DNA of 64,000 nucleotides. It comes from Psammoneis japonica (lineage: Eukaryota). The translations under genes were made by a program, and so were the position numbers. The DNA is taken from NCBI GenBank assembly GCA_008632985.1, contig QPGO01000057.1, positions 1 through 64,000 of the forward strand, in the 5' to 3' direction. Positions 23,712 through 37,188 of the stretch are shown here, piece by piece. Numbering within the stretch: the first letter of the stretch is position 1; the number at the start of each line of letters is the position of its first letter. The notes under the pieces were generated by a model, which ran no database searches, was not told where the DNA came from, and worked only from the letters and a program-made list of their open reading frames with translations.

Positions 23712-25236
23712 ACCCGTCGTTTTTCTTCGTGCCGTATGTCCATCATATCGTGCGAGAATACTGCCCAGTTTTTGTTTTTGATTGTTTCAAGTTCTTTAGA
23801 GGGACCATTGAAGTCTAACGTCTATTGTATTTCCGACCAAATGCAGGCGCCGGCATTATTGGTCTTGGCGATATGATGCTGGAAAAATGGATCACAGACG
23901 AGACCATGGCGCTATTTCTGTGAAAGGGCCGAAGCAAGCAGCTGCTCTTGAATGTGAAACGCCGGCTTTGTCCGAAACCTGGCTGCCAACATATGCAGGT
24001 TATGGTGTGTCCGCAGTGTGTTGATCGCAACAGTTTGAAGTTGAGAACAAAGTATACTTTCATAAACATAAATAAAAACATAATGAATACAATCTTGTAC
24101 TGCAAAGCCAGTAAGTCTAAAGACGACGAAGAAGATTTTTCGGTGGGACGATGCGCCGCAGTCACCAAAGCCCAAACCGATCGCCTTCTTGCCTGTTCCG
24201 GTCACACCTGTAGTTTCGTCGTTAGGTCCAATTGCACGAGATATCATTTTTGTTCGCTCACTAATCTCGCCATGTTGTCTGACTTCTATCGCCACGAGGC
24301 TTTCTGCGTTGAGGAAGGAACGGAATTGGCAGGCAACCTAGAATAATAGGTACTCGAAGATGCTTTATGGAGTCTTATCACTTTGATTCGTTTCGTTTCT
24401 TGTTTGTGTTATCGGACTTCCATCGCCAAGACCGGAGTTCGCAACTGGAGTTCATCAAAAGGAGTACTGGAACGCTTGTGTTGCGTTCATCTATATACTT
24501 TTTAAGTGCAGCATCGGGAAGCATGGACGGTCGCCTCAATTTGGTCCCACTCGCTCTCTAAGGATGCCCATCTCTCAAAATCTTTCTATCGGCATGCCAC
24601 TGAATCATGACTCTTTCCCTAATGCCGTGACCAGAAACGAGGTCGACAGATACACAGTCTTCTCCTTTGTCCTGTGTTCTTGGAGTTCATTCGTTTCTTT
24701 GGCCTTCGCCTACTTCTGCCGTATGATTCAACCAGCTGCACCGACGTCTGCGTGCCGCTTATAACCAACACCACCAACACACCTCCAATACCTACTACGA
24801 TGAGACGAAGCATCATTATCCGGGTCGCTCCTGGTTAGAGAGTCGCGGTTGCATTTCAACATCGAGCGGAAAAAGAATCTTGGTCAATCTACTTCTTTCA
24901 AGTTTACCGAGTTGTATTGCGCGGACAACTCTAGAGAGAATTTCACAAGACAGCGAGCTGATAATTGCAGTGTCTTTCAAATAATAGGTATTGGGTTGCA
25001 CCTTTCAAACAAAGAGGCATACGCCGACATGAATGAATTTTAGATGTAGGAAAGAGCCGGACATAGCGAGAAGATGGAAGCTCATAGTAGCAGAAATGAA
25101 AGAGTACCACTCGCGAGCATAGAATCTGCATTTGTTCTGGTAACAAAGTGTTGCGAGCATGCTTACCCACAATTCCGCCATCCACTCCAACAGAAATCCC
25201 CTTCACGCGCCCTGTCCAAAACTTCATTTGTCGCCT

Positions 25237-26070
25237 TTACGACGTAATTTCATCGGTCGCCCAAGTTCCACGAAAGATTGCAGTGGCGAACCACCTAAAC
25301 AGCGATTGCTTTTGTACAAACTCCAAGATTGTGTCTGCGTCAGGCTTCAGCTTAATGTCGAACGCCTCGATCGATTGCCACTGTGCCGAGTGACTTAAGT
25401 AGGCCGCGACAATGGCTCGTTTCCCCTCTTCGTCCACATCGAGCCACTTGCGAATAGCTTTTGTTTTGAAGTAACGATTTCCAAAGACAATCAGTGCCAC
25501 TCCACCGGGACGAAGGACCCGGTGAATATCTTGAAAGACCTCCTTGGGCCTTACGAGATAGTCTACGGACAGGGCCAGTGTCACAACATCAAACGATGCA
25601 TCCTCAAACATGCCGAGAGACGGATCCTTATTTAAATCTTGTACAAAGTACTCATTCAACCTGGGGTTGGCTTGAAGTTCCTCTTGATTCATCCCGACAC
25701 CCACGACGCGGCCCAGCTCGAGTTGCGGAGGATAGTGCGAGATCCAACTGGAACACAAGTCCAGAACGTCCACTGACGGAGATATCTCTTGATTGTAAAA
25801 AGCCGTAAGTGACAATAATGCCCACTCATCAATATGTTTGACCAAACGAGGTGCCTCATAAAAGTCAGCATCGTCCGATTCGTCTAATCTAGAAAGATCC
25901 GACGGCGAAAATGGCCATTCTTCGTCCGCATCCGTGTCGTAACTTTGAATGAGACGTGCTGAGGCCAGACAATGACAAAACCGGTGACGCCAAAGAGCTG
26001 GAATAGTTACAAAGGATGCACAAGGGACCGCCAGAGTGGCAATGAGAAGAACAATGCTTGCTGTCCTCAT
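25237..26070 (-). CDS. Class I SAM-dependent methyltransferase, probably plastid-targeted; C-terminus apparently frameshifted
   Basis: Signal peptide ending CASF. Motifs DESDDADFYEAPRLVKHID, LDLCSSWISH, GMNQEELQAN, SVDYL and VLRPGG. Confidence 0.85.
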   Translation of the reverse strand: MRTASIVLLIATLAVPCASFVTIPALWRHRFCHCLASARLIQSYDTDADEEWPFSPSDLSRLDESDDADFYEAPRLVKHIDEWALLSLTAFYNQEISPSVDVLDLCSSWISHYPPQLELGRVVGVGMNQEELQANPRLNEYFVQDLNKDPSLGMFEDASFDVVTLALSVDYLVRPKEVFQDIHRVLRPGGVALIVFGNRYFKTKAIRKWLDVDEEGKRAIVAAYLSHSAQWQSIEAFDIKLKPDADTILEFVQKQSLFRWFATAIFRGTWATDEITS

Positions 26071-26506
26071 GGTTGGGGGACGAGACGACGACGACGACTC
26101 TTTCACTCTTTCACTTGCTAGTAGAGTACGGTAGCTTGTATTTTGTATTCCGAAAGAAAGCGGGTGCGATTTATTTTGGAATTTCAATGGTGTATACGGG
26201 CTTTAAGATTTTCTATGAAAATGCATCTGAAATCAATCACGCTCTCTTTTTACCACCTCCCACCTCCCATGTTGAATGTTGAACAAGCTATGGACTGCGT
26301 TTCATCCTCCTGTTAGCTCAACAGCTCAACAGTCAAATCATAACACGGCTTCGTCTCTCTCTCTCTCTTTCAAAAAGAAAAAAAGATCACCACGGCTAGC
26401 GGCTTTCGTACTAACCCTAATCTCAACAATCGCGACCACTCTAATCACCGATCGCGCGGTGCAGCGCTGGTTGAGCGCATGCCGACATCGATTATCAGGT
26501 CAGGCA

Positions 26507-28297
26507 ATGTCAGATTTAATTCCATTAACGACGCAACCATCGGATAGAAACAGAGGGGGGTTTCGAGGGAGGGGAAGAGGCGGTGGTGGTAGAAGAGGTG
26601 GGTATGGTAGAGGTAGGGGTGGTGGACGACGAGGACCAGGCGGGCGACGCTTTCATTCGCAACCGCGACCTCAACATGATTTCAAAGACGAATTAGAAGA
26701 GCTGGGAGCTCGTTCCGAAGACGCGCTAACAATCGCTATTCAAGGCTGTTGCCATGGTCAGCTGGATGCTATTTACGATCGATTAAGGCGACATGAAGAG
26801 CAACCCGGGGCAAAAAAGGTTGATCTACTGCTTTGCTGCGGAGACTTTCAGTCCTTACGCAATCCTGCCGATTTTCACTCGTTTGCAGTCCCTCCAAAAT
26901 ACCGCGAGATGGGATCCTTTTATCAATACTACTCGGGGGAGAAGAAGGCTCCAGTCACAACCCTATTCATTGGAGGCAATCACTAGGCTTCGCAACCTTT
27001 ACAGGAACTCTCGTATGGTGGCTGGGTGGCACCCAACATCTACTACATGGGCGCTGCTGGAGTACTCAATGTGTGCGGCGTCAAAATTGGTGGTATCAGT
27101 GGTATTTACAAATCGTTTGATCACACTCAGGGGAGATACGAACGTCCACCTTACGACCGTTCCACTGTCCGTAGTGTCTATCACGTTCGAAATATCGACG
27201 TTTATCGAATGAAATGCTTATCGTCTAGTCCAGACATCTTCTTATCACACGATTGGCCACAAGGAATTGAACAATACGGAAATACGTCCGAGCTACTTCG
27301 ACAGAAGCCCTTTTTTCGAGACGAAGTTGCGAGGAACGACTTGGGTAGTCCCTGCAATCGCGAATTGCTTGCCACGCTTAAGCCCAAATGGTGGTTCTCG
27401 GCTCATTTACACGTCAAATTTCGAGCTACCGTGCAGCATCTATCAGGTACCACTGATGCTGAGAAGGAAAGGATGGACAAGGAAGCTGTCAAGCAATTAG
27501 TTCCCTCCCAAGTGAAGAATCAATCGCACTCAAAATCTCCTGAAGCAGAAGCAAGCAACATGGCCGAGCAGACAGAGACGACAACTGAACCAAAGCGTCA
27601 GGAAACGCAATTTCACTCGGTAGAATCGCAGAAATGCATTGACAGTGTGCCGGATTTGACGGATCAAATGACTCAATTTCTTTCTTTGGATAAATGCTTG
27701 CCTCGGCGCCAGCACTTATCAATCCTTCATATTCCTGCAAAGAATACAAATCCAAACTCGGATAAGAAAGTACAACTGGAGTACGACTTGGAATGGCTGG
27801 CAATACTGAAGAAAACGCACAATTTGACAGAAACTAGACGTAGACGCGCTCATGTCCCAGGTCAAGTCACGCGCGTTTCAGAAGAGGAATTGCATTGGGT
27901 CAGGAATAAAGTTGGCAACAGCCTCATCATTCCCGAGAACTTTGAACAAACTGTGCGACCCTTTCAGCCAAATCGTGACCCACCTGGATTTGTGCCTCCT
28001 CCTTTGATGCAAATGGGGAATCCTCAGACAGACTCACTGTTGGAAATGCTTGAGTTGGACCATATCAATACCGTTCCATTCAACCGCAACTTCGAGGTTG
28101 CGTCCGACGACAACGAAATCGATTTAGACGGGGACGAAGCGGCAGAGATTTTTAAGGTCCCACACGATGATAATGCAATAGACCTGGATGACAGTGACGA
28201 GAATGAAATTGACTTGGATGGTAACGAAATTGAGTTGGACGATTCGACGAAAGACTCTGAACAAGGGCAAGACGCTAAGAAACTTCGCATGGAGTAA
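26507..28297 (+). pseudogene. DBR1: RNA lariat debranching enzyme with an in-frame TAG at 26984-26986
   Basis: [41 protein letters not shown] and LDKCLPRR all lie in one frame. RGG-rich N-terminus and acidic NEIDLD-repeat tail. Confidence 0.9.
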
Positions 28298-28458
28298 GTA
28301 AGGTTACCCGGCTTAAAGTTCTCATTTATCAATGGCCTTTGAAGATACTTCTTGCTACAGAATCATGGCGTGTTCATACCAGAACCGAATAGTCACTCAA
28401 TGCTGCCAGGAAACAACAAATACATCTAGCTATTCAGACCTTCGCGGATTCATTCTTT

Positions 28459-31400
28459 TCAAAATGATGTCGATCGACTTCGCCCACTCCAATCTGGCTT
28501 TTCAGATGACCGCGACACGTTCCGATGCAACATACCGCGATCTGCTGCTGTCTGACTGTATTCCACCTTCACGGCGCAACCTGAAAGCGATATCACATTA
28601 TAAACTTGTGATTTGTATACGCGTCCACCGGACTCTGCTGGTACTGCACGATATGCAATCATTGCATTTCCGCCCAGCGATGCAACGTGTGCTCTCGCAA
28701 TTGCATTGCATTCCGTGACAAACCGGTGGAATTCCGCTGCCTCGCCACCTCTTGACTCGCGAATGAAATGCATAGATACCGTTCCGAGGTATTCCGTTAT
28801 TGTACCTTTTGTAAGGTGGTGCCTAACACAAATATTAGCGCGGTTGGTGAGAAAATGCTACCAGGGAAAGGGAAATTGTTTCGAGGATCATTAGGAATAT
28901 CACCGTTGGCTTACAGAGGAGTAAGTTCCACAGGAACATCGGTGACGAAGAAACCTTGTCTTTCCGAAGCCATTCGTCGAGAGAAGGACCCAACCGAGTC
29001 ACCCGAGTACGCCTGCGTCGAGGCTCTTTTCCCTAAAAGAGGCGGTGGGAACTCAATTGGAGGCACAGGAGGAGACTTTCCGCCACTTTTCGGATAATCA
29101 AATGGCGGGGCAGGTGGTGACAAGCGGGTTTTAGGGGACGAGGATGACTTCAGAGTAGCCAACAAGGGAGACAAAAGCTTGGATGCCCTTGGCGATTCTT
29201 TCACTGGAGTTGAGCAAAGAGCTGAGTCATCCGGGTCGGAGGGTCCTTCACCAACTATTAACCCCAGATGAAGACGTTTCATTTCATCACTCAGAGAATC
29301 ATCAATTACTGTGGACTGGAAATTATTTGGCGCAACAAGCAGCTTCGCTACTCCTGCTTCAACCTCAGCCAGCAGCCGGCTTTGCTCCTCATCCTCTCTG
29401 CGTCTGATCTCACTCTCCTCTAGTGCCGCACCGATAGAACCGTTTTCCTCCTCTTCTTTTATGCGAGGCGTGCGTTCAGAACGTCGTTCCATGACAACCT
29501 TTCCAATGCAGATCAGTTCGATTTGGTCATCAGGTGTGATGTTCACCTGCGTGCGCAGACCGCAAATAACCACTGGCTTGATATCCTGCAAATGTTCCAA
29601 ACACAACTTTGCAAACACTTCTTGAAATAAACTGGAAAAGAACTGATTACTGCGTGTTCCTCGGGACGACGGGTTCCACCGATACCTAAGCATTGACATG
29701 ATGATTTGGCCATTTGCATCCTCGGATTTGATTCCTCCTTTGCCGGTTCCAAAGTCAGGCATGTGCTGACACGTACAAAGGCGAATGCCATCCGGAAGCT
29801 TTCTGTCGAGTAACACACTAAGAATGTCCTCGTCCGTCTCGTCATCTATGATTGAAGGTACACAGTTTAGATAAACGTCGAGAACTTGCGAGAAAACTTC
29901 GTTGCAACGTACCGATTTCAAGCACGAACGGCGCCTTGTCATCACGGTACATGCGGCGGCGGCGTCTTCGCACTGGTCCCCGTCCATCCTCTGATATTAT
30001 CTGCTCGGCATTGACATTTTCCTCAAGCTCATCCAAATCTTTCATAATCATTGGGAAAGGGAAAAGAACCGTCAGAACCCGTTAGTTGATGGCAGCCACT
30101 CGAAGTGACAAGCGATGATAAGGTCTCAGATTGTACGAGAGGCTGACTCACCTTCGAGGTCGGGCCCGCGTGAAATTTCCTCCATGCCACTTTGATCTCG
30201 TTCAAAATCCGTTCCCGAGGGCTCGTATTCATCATAGTCGAGATCGGAAATATTTCCACTGCCACCGTTAGCAGTAATTGACGACACCGCGCTCTGTTTC
30301 CGTGGACTTTCCTTATCGCTCTCGCTCTCGTCACCCGAGCTCGTTGACGATGAACTAGAGCTGGAACTAGAGCTTGTCGTAGATGAAGAGGAGCTGGAAG
30401 GAAAAGATTCTCCATCGTCGTCATTTTCAGGAAGACTTGGACTCCTCTGTCTTCGTGCTGCGTCACCACTATGCGTATTCCCTTCTTCTAAGCTCAACCG
30501 CCCATTTGACTTTAGACTTGTTGGTTTATCCTTCATTTTTCGTGCTTCCCGAAGACGCCTTGACTCCGCTTTTGCGACAGCCTTCTTCATCTGAGATTCC
30601 CTAATCCGGTTAGCATATTTTCTTCTTACCTTCTCTGCGTGACGATGGGCCGCTTCGGCGAGCCTCTGCCGATTAAGAGCTGAAATCTTTTCAATCTGCT
30701 GCTGTAACTTAACGAGTTGGTGGTCTTCCTCATCTTGGACATCGATAGTTCTTGAGATTTCCAGTGCACGTGGAGGAGGTATTGCGGTGCAGTAAACAGC
30801 AGTCGCAGTTGCAGTCGCCACAAGCAACTGCCTTCCCACATCCACTTCACTCTTTAGTCCGAACGCCGCATTTCTCCCCAACACCTTCAGTTTGAGCATG
30901 AGCTGACGCGCTAGGTCGTACTCCACAAATGGAAGTACTTCGCTGACGGCAAGTGCACCAGTTTCACCCGATGCTTTCGACCGCGACCGACACACGCGAG
31001 CTTGAATGAAAACTCCAGACCCGCGAACTGGAAGACGTGATGGGGGTTCAACGGTCGCAAGAATGACCTCTGGCACCCATTTTTTCCCGCAAAGTAAACA
31101 AGGCACTAGCTTCATGTTCGAAAAGGGTGCCAGTCGGTGATGGTAGGGAACATGGCAGTACGAACATGGCTTCGCTGGACGGGCTTTCAACATGCCCGTT
31201 CCTGAAAGAAACCCACTATTATGTCGCCGGCGATTGAAATTTCCAATATCACTACTGGTTTGAGTTACAGCGAGCGAATCCTCAATGCTGCTATTCTCGT
31301 TCTCTCCTTTCTTGCTGTTGACAGCGCGGCGCATTCGCTTGACTATGCCATCCGCTTGCTTTTGTCGCTTCCCCTGCTTTTTTGAACTGCCCATGGCACT

Positions 31401-33004
31401 GTCAGTAAGCTTGCCTCCTCCATGAACATTGTCCGGCGCTGTGTTACCAGCTTGATTAACTTCCCACTGATTCCAAATCCGATTCGACTCAGTCAGATCT
31501 GGTAAGCCCCGAACTGTGGCAGCCGTACCGGTAATTGACAAGACACAAATGTCGTCGTGAATGGTGGACGCCTCTTGATAACCAATTACATGCGAACAGC
31601 ACAAGGTTCTCGCATGAGACTTCACTTCATCACGGAGCTCACTCCACCAGCTGTCTCGGGTTTCTTGATCCGATATTTTAGAAGCAAGATTTCCTAAATA
31701 TTTGACACCGCGAGCCGTCACTAATCCTCCTATTCGTACCCTAACACGGGAGTCAAATTCTCTAAGCGTAAGCAGCTGAACTTCATCCTCTCTGTGACGG
31801 GCGGCTGCGGCTGCCGTTTCCGACAGAATTCCTCTCCGCGACCGAGACGATGGATCGCGCAGTTTGTCAGAGTCTTTTGGCGATAGTTCATTGTTGGTGA
31901 AAGTGCTACGTTGGCTTCCATTCAGCACATCGTCTGTGTTAATGCCAACTTTCCCATCCAAGGCTCCAGCCCTGTGTCTCTCAAGCAAAACGCAGGTGCC
32001 ATACGAGCGAGCGACTATTCCGCTATCGCCCTCAACGTCGAAGTTCTGCAAATATCCCAGAACAGCATTTCCACCCATCTGTTGTGCAGATAATCTAAAG
32101 AGTGAGTCATTTACTCTTTGGATATAAACGTGAGTCAAGACACACACTAACGACCAACCTCCAGAACCTTTTTGCACATTCTTCTTCGCACCGATGCGTC
32201 GAGTAAATACATCAGGGTCTGCCTTGTTTCGTGTGACGATCTAGCCTGACGGAAGTTTTCGTTCCATTCAAATTCTGGATCATCTGCGACTACTAGTTCC
32301 TCGACAAAGCCAAAGACATGAGCGATTGTGTATCCACTAGCAGTGTCCAACCTGGAAAAGGGGAACAGCTGTACTCCAGCCGAAGAATCACGAAACGGAT
32401 TCACGTCTCCAATAAAGGTAAGTTTTACAGACAGCCCAAGTTCCCCCCGCACGCCGCCCAGTGTGTCGTACAAAGGAAACCATCCATCGATTGTTCCAGT
32501 GGATAGACCGCCCATCTTTTGGTTGGTACTCCCTCCTTCATCAGTTGCAAACTCGTCATCGCGGGCCGTCTGTGTCAAGAGAGGATTCAAATCTATGTAC
32601 ACTAAGCCAATCGATTCATCTGCGCCAATTGCATCCGAATCACAGACCTTGAAAATTAAAGGTTCGTCTTGAAGTAAGGTGTCGTCAGCGACTTCGAAAC
32701 GAAAATCTTCTTCCCAGATTGGATTGAGAGATCGCCGTGCGACCTTGGTTTTCGCGGTGTAACACTTCTGCTTGTTGCTGGTATTCTCTCCACTGCGTCC
32801 CCACGATCGAAAAGACGAGCGGGCAAAGGGGATGGACTCCTCGTAATTGGCCACAATTCCCGAATGCCCACCAAGAGAAACTGTAACATACGCATCAGCA
32901 CCGCTTCGATAGATCGGGTCGCCTTTCTGCAGTTGATCTGTGCGCGAGTTCGCCGGAGGAATGTTTCGGGCTCCCTTTACTCGAACCTTTACGGTAGACG
33001 GCAT
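28459..33004 (-). CDS. C2-domain-containing protein (C2CD5-like, with YbjQ/heavy-metal-binding-like repeats)
   Basis: N-terminal C2 domain ([10 protein letters not shown]...[20 protein letters not shown]) and repeated GGNAV/LGRNAA/GGNAMI motifs. Five exons joined by GT-AG introns (32079-32158, ~30040-30152, ~29846-29912, ~28823-28914). Confidence 0.85.
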
Positions 33005-33209
33005 TATTAACTACACTTCGTTGCTGTACTGTACTCAAGCCCGCTTTTCCGAAGTATTTTAGGCTACATGATCGCGTGCTGCGCTCCCAGTTCCCAGTGG
33101 CAAAACGGGGCAACGGACAACGCGCTTGCGGGCAAAACGAAGAAGCAGAGCGCGCTGCGCGGCTACCGCCCGGTACTTGCTAAAACCGGTCTGTCAGTCT
33201 ATCACGTCA

Positions 33210-36200
33210 TTGACTTTCTTCTTTCTTTCGTTCCTCGTTCCGTCTCATGCTGCCGGCACTCAATCATCAAAATCCAACATGCTTGGGTTCAGTTTGTAAC
33301 ACAACATCACCGTTTCTTTTTCATCTCTCATCTTCCTTTGTTCTCTCATCTTTTGCGCTTTTCCCGTTGATGCCAACAGCACCATCATGAAATGTCATCT
33401 TTGTGCTGGCTTTTTAAAAAGAATTTGCCATCATCTCACCATCATCTGTCTTTTCCCAGTTGGAGCAGATTCTCCATCATCCCACTGCAACAAACAATGT
33501 GCAAAAACTTTTGAGCCCCACCTTTTGGCAACAGAGAAAAGGCTGAGAAAGGCAGATCAAATGCACAGCACAGTGACAATGGAAAGCATCAGAAGAGGTG
33601 TCATTGTGTTGTGCAGCTGCTGTTTTGAATGTTGTGTGTCTGTGCATGTCACCTTTGTGCTGCACCATGGTCACAAACGCATGTTTTTGTGTGCCAATGA
33701 TGGAAGCTGTGTCACTTGAAGATCAAGTCATGACCGCCAATGTTTGTGTGCATTGTCAATCATCAAAGTTTCCATTTCAATTTTTTGTTTCTGCACCATC
33801 ATCTGTGGGTGACTGCTTTTGTGGCCCCATGACCCCACTCTTTCTTGTCAGAGCTTTTCTTGCCTCTCTGGTTGTGGCAGAGTGGTTCTTCTTTGCCTCC
33901 ACTCACATCATTCCCTGATTCCCATCATCTCACTCCTTGATTTGGGATGGCACCTGAAACACCCAGCAAACCAAGAGAACGGAGCTGGGGTTGGAGTTGG
34001 AACCCTGCTGGGGCCCACGGACAGCAATCGCATTCCGTGCCAGCCCAATTGCTGATTTCACCGAGCGGCAAGAGGGGAACAACTAACATTTTGGGGTTTT
34101 CACCATCAATGAGGTGTTTCTGTTGCGTGAGATGCAGCCGATTGCTTGCAAAGTGAAGCACACCTTTGAATTCGAAGCACGGCGTTTGTCGCTGCAATTG
34201 GGATTCTTGCACCCATGGGTGGCTTTGAGCTTTGTCGTGACATCACAGTTGCTGTAATCTAAACCCAGTGCAGCACCACCATTTCAAAATCAGTCCACGC
34301 AATCACTTTTCCCAGCCGGCAAGAGATGAGCACCTTCCGCATGCTCGTCGATGGCATTTCCGGCAGCATCTCTTGGCCATGTTTTTTGTTTTGCATCAAA
34401 TGCAGCTGTTGATGATCGCAACAATGTGACAGTGATGCTCTCTAGGTTGTTGTTCTTGGCATGCTCCTTGGTCATCTTGCAACGCGCAGCCCTCTTTTTG
34501 AGCTTCGTCATTGCAAGGCAGTCAAAATCGACAGTTTGACGAACACAAGCTTGCACCAATTGTCGGTGAAAAAACATCCTGATGGTTCACGATCTATGTT
34601 GCAAAAAACTGATTTCCACACCCTCTTTGTAGCGGCAAAATGCTTGCCTTCCCAGACAGAAAGCTTCATTGACCTCAACTCCTCTCTCGCACTCAAATGG
34701 GCTTCTGTTTTGTGTTGAAGCTCTTGCTGTTTCCCTGTGAGGTCCAAAAAGAGCTCCTCAGATGATGCACTGCCTTGCTTGCAAACCATTGACCTCGTCT
34801 TTCAAGGCATCCATTTCCTTTTCCAAGGAAGTGGCATTGTTGTGGAGGGAGTTGAGAATGTCAGTTGTGGATGACACCATGGTCACATGTGGAGCGAGGG
34901 GGGCTGATGACAGAGGTTGATTGCACGACACGAGCAACAACAATGATGAAATGAGAAAAGCAAGAAAAGAAGCGGAGCTTCATCATTCAGCACCTCGTCA
35001 TCCATCCAAGCCACCGTGCCAAGCACCAATGTGGCCGGCCAGCTGGCCAGCTGAGCCACTCTATCATGAGTCTATGCGTCGACCGTTGCATCCAAGCGGG
35101 AGGCAGGGGCGAGGAAGAGGGGAGGCAGAAGGACGCAGGAACAGTTGGGCAGGATCCCGCGGGAAGAGGAAGAGGACAGGAGGATGGTGGGTGATGGTGC
35201 AGGAAGGATTGAAAAGCAGAGAGATGATCAGAAAGGGTGATGCCAAAATTTGGGCTGAGAAGTTGGGGTGGCCCAGGACAGGAGGGCGGGTGGAAGAGTT
35301 GTGAGTCCTCCAACGTGATTGACTTTCTTTCTTGTGACAATCTTGCTCCATCTCATGCCAGTTCTCAAAGTCCAACACATTGAAACTGCAAGCACAATCT
35401 GTCAAGCTTGGATTCACAATTCTGCGGCAGCTGCCCACTTGAAACATCTGTGTGTGTTTCTCACAGGCTCAGACACCAATGTCGCCCTTTTCAGATGGCA
35501 TGTTGCTGGTTCTCTCAAGACCATTCTGGCCATTGGCATCAATGGCACGCCCCTGTTTTGGCGTGTCAAACAATGTCACCAAGTGGAAAATGACTGGCAT
35601 CAACTCCTTGTGGGTTGCATGCTTGTTGATTTTTTTCATCATTTTGTGCGCAGAGCCAAGAAATTTTCTGCATGGGGTGAAAGTGCTGCTTCAGTTGTGG
35701 CACCAACGAGTGTGAGCATGAGCCCTTCTTCAGCATCAATTGACTGTTTTCCATTTGCTGTGTGCATCGGCATTTCCACACAAGATCTGGCATGGTTTCT
35801 GCATGTGGAAAATGTCACTCCAGATGACTGACCCATCATGTCATCAAGTGCTCCTGTTTCTAATCTCCCAGTCATGGACAACCCCTCCCTTGCTTTCTGG
35901 CAAACCAAGCTTCCTGTTGCATGCAGTGATCTTTCTGTCTCAGACACATTTCTTGGAGGTTGGAACAAGGTTCCCTTCTTGATGAGTGAAGGCCAGTGGT
36001 TTGGAATCTATTTTTTGACTTGCTTCCCTTTGTTTGTTCCCAAACCCAAACCCGCAAGCCATTGTTCTTTTCTGTGCTGGTGTGGCAGATGTGTCTCCAG
36101 TCCAAGTGAAAGCAATGAGCTCCCCAATGTGTCACTTTGTTGCCCCCATCTGTCTCAGGTGAGCGTCCTTTTTGGAGGGCGCCGCACCAGGCCAATCGAA

Positions 36201-36840
36201 TCCGCTTCTGTCACACCCTTCTTAGACGAGGGGGTGCACTGGAGGTGTGGGTCAGCCGGCGCCGGTGTTGCTGGGCAACGGTGCACAATGGCACTTAAAA
36301 TCAGGTTTGAGTTTTTTTGTCAAGCTTGGATTCACAAAATGCTGGTGAATGTCCTTCTAGAGAGGCAATCAGGTGTCCTTGCAATCTTGTCAGATGATTT
36401 TTTGTCCTCTTGGTGCAAGCCCTCTCACCCACACAGCGTGCCTTCTTCTCTGTGCTGCCAACATTTTCAAGGGGTCTTTTGCTTGCTCTTGGTGTCTTTG
36501 ACTGGTGCCTCTTCAATGCTGCTGCTCTCATTTGTCTCATGGCTCTTGCTCTGATGATGCCCACCCCCCAGCATTCCTTTGCTCTCTGCCTCCGAGCTCT
36601 CTTTGCTTTTTTTTTTCTCGTCCCTTGCTGGGTGAGTCTTGTGTGATGCAGCCAGGGACATGCATGCAACAAAAAAGGGTCAAAGCCAATTGTCTGATGC
36701 AAAGCTCATGCAGAAAAATTTCACAAAATGTCTTCTTGCTCATCAAGGTTTTCCTCTGTGTTTTTTGCATGCAACCTCAAAGGGTCAATTTCAAGTGCAG
36801 TGGTTGGCACCACCACGCACTTGTGCTCGGTGATGCGCGC
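33210..36840. repeat. TpA/CpG-depleted degenerate block 3
   Basis: Near absence of TA and low CG. Contains decayed coding relics. Confidence 0.75.
33930..34940 (-). pseudogene. Decayed HNH-like nuclease-domain gene (tentative)
   Basis: Fragments AEGAHLLP and GVLHFASNRLHLTQQKHLID...LVVPLL across broken frames, preceded by a coiled-coil segment. Confidence 0.35.
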
Positions 36841-37188
36841 CATACAGTAAACGAATGAATGAATGACGTGGCAGTCGTGGCATCTGGTGGCGGCATCGGC
36901 TCTCGCAAACAACTCGTAGATAACATTTATCGTCCGATTCTTATCAAGAAAAAGCTCGATGATCTTCGCTTTTCTGTTCCACTGACGCATCGCTTCTCGT
37001 TTCGCGCTCCCCCCCACAGTAATACATGTGTCAACCTGACGGCAACCCGATAAATCGCCTCCCTCGCTTTGTCGCTGACGCAGTTTCCCTCTCTATAGTA
37101 GTCTGTGTCAGTCACATCATGATGCTTCTCACGTCTCAGACTTCCACCACTTCTCTCACAACCCGCAGAATATCCCTTTTCTTCTACC

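Noticed and set aside
23820..25200. Short ORFs including a CPKPGC...CPQC segment (23948-24346)
   Set aside because: No coherent gene model or family motif could be supported.
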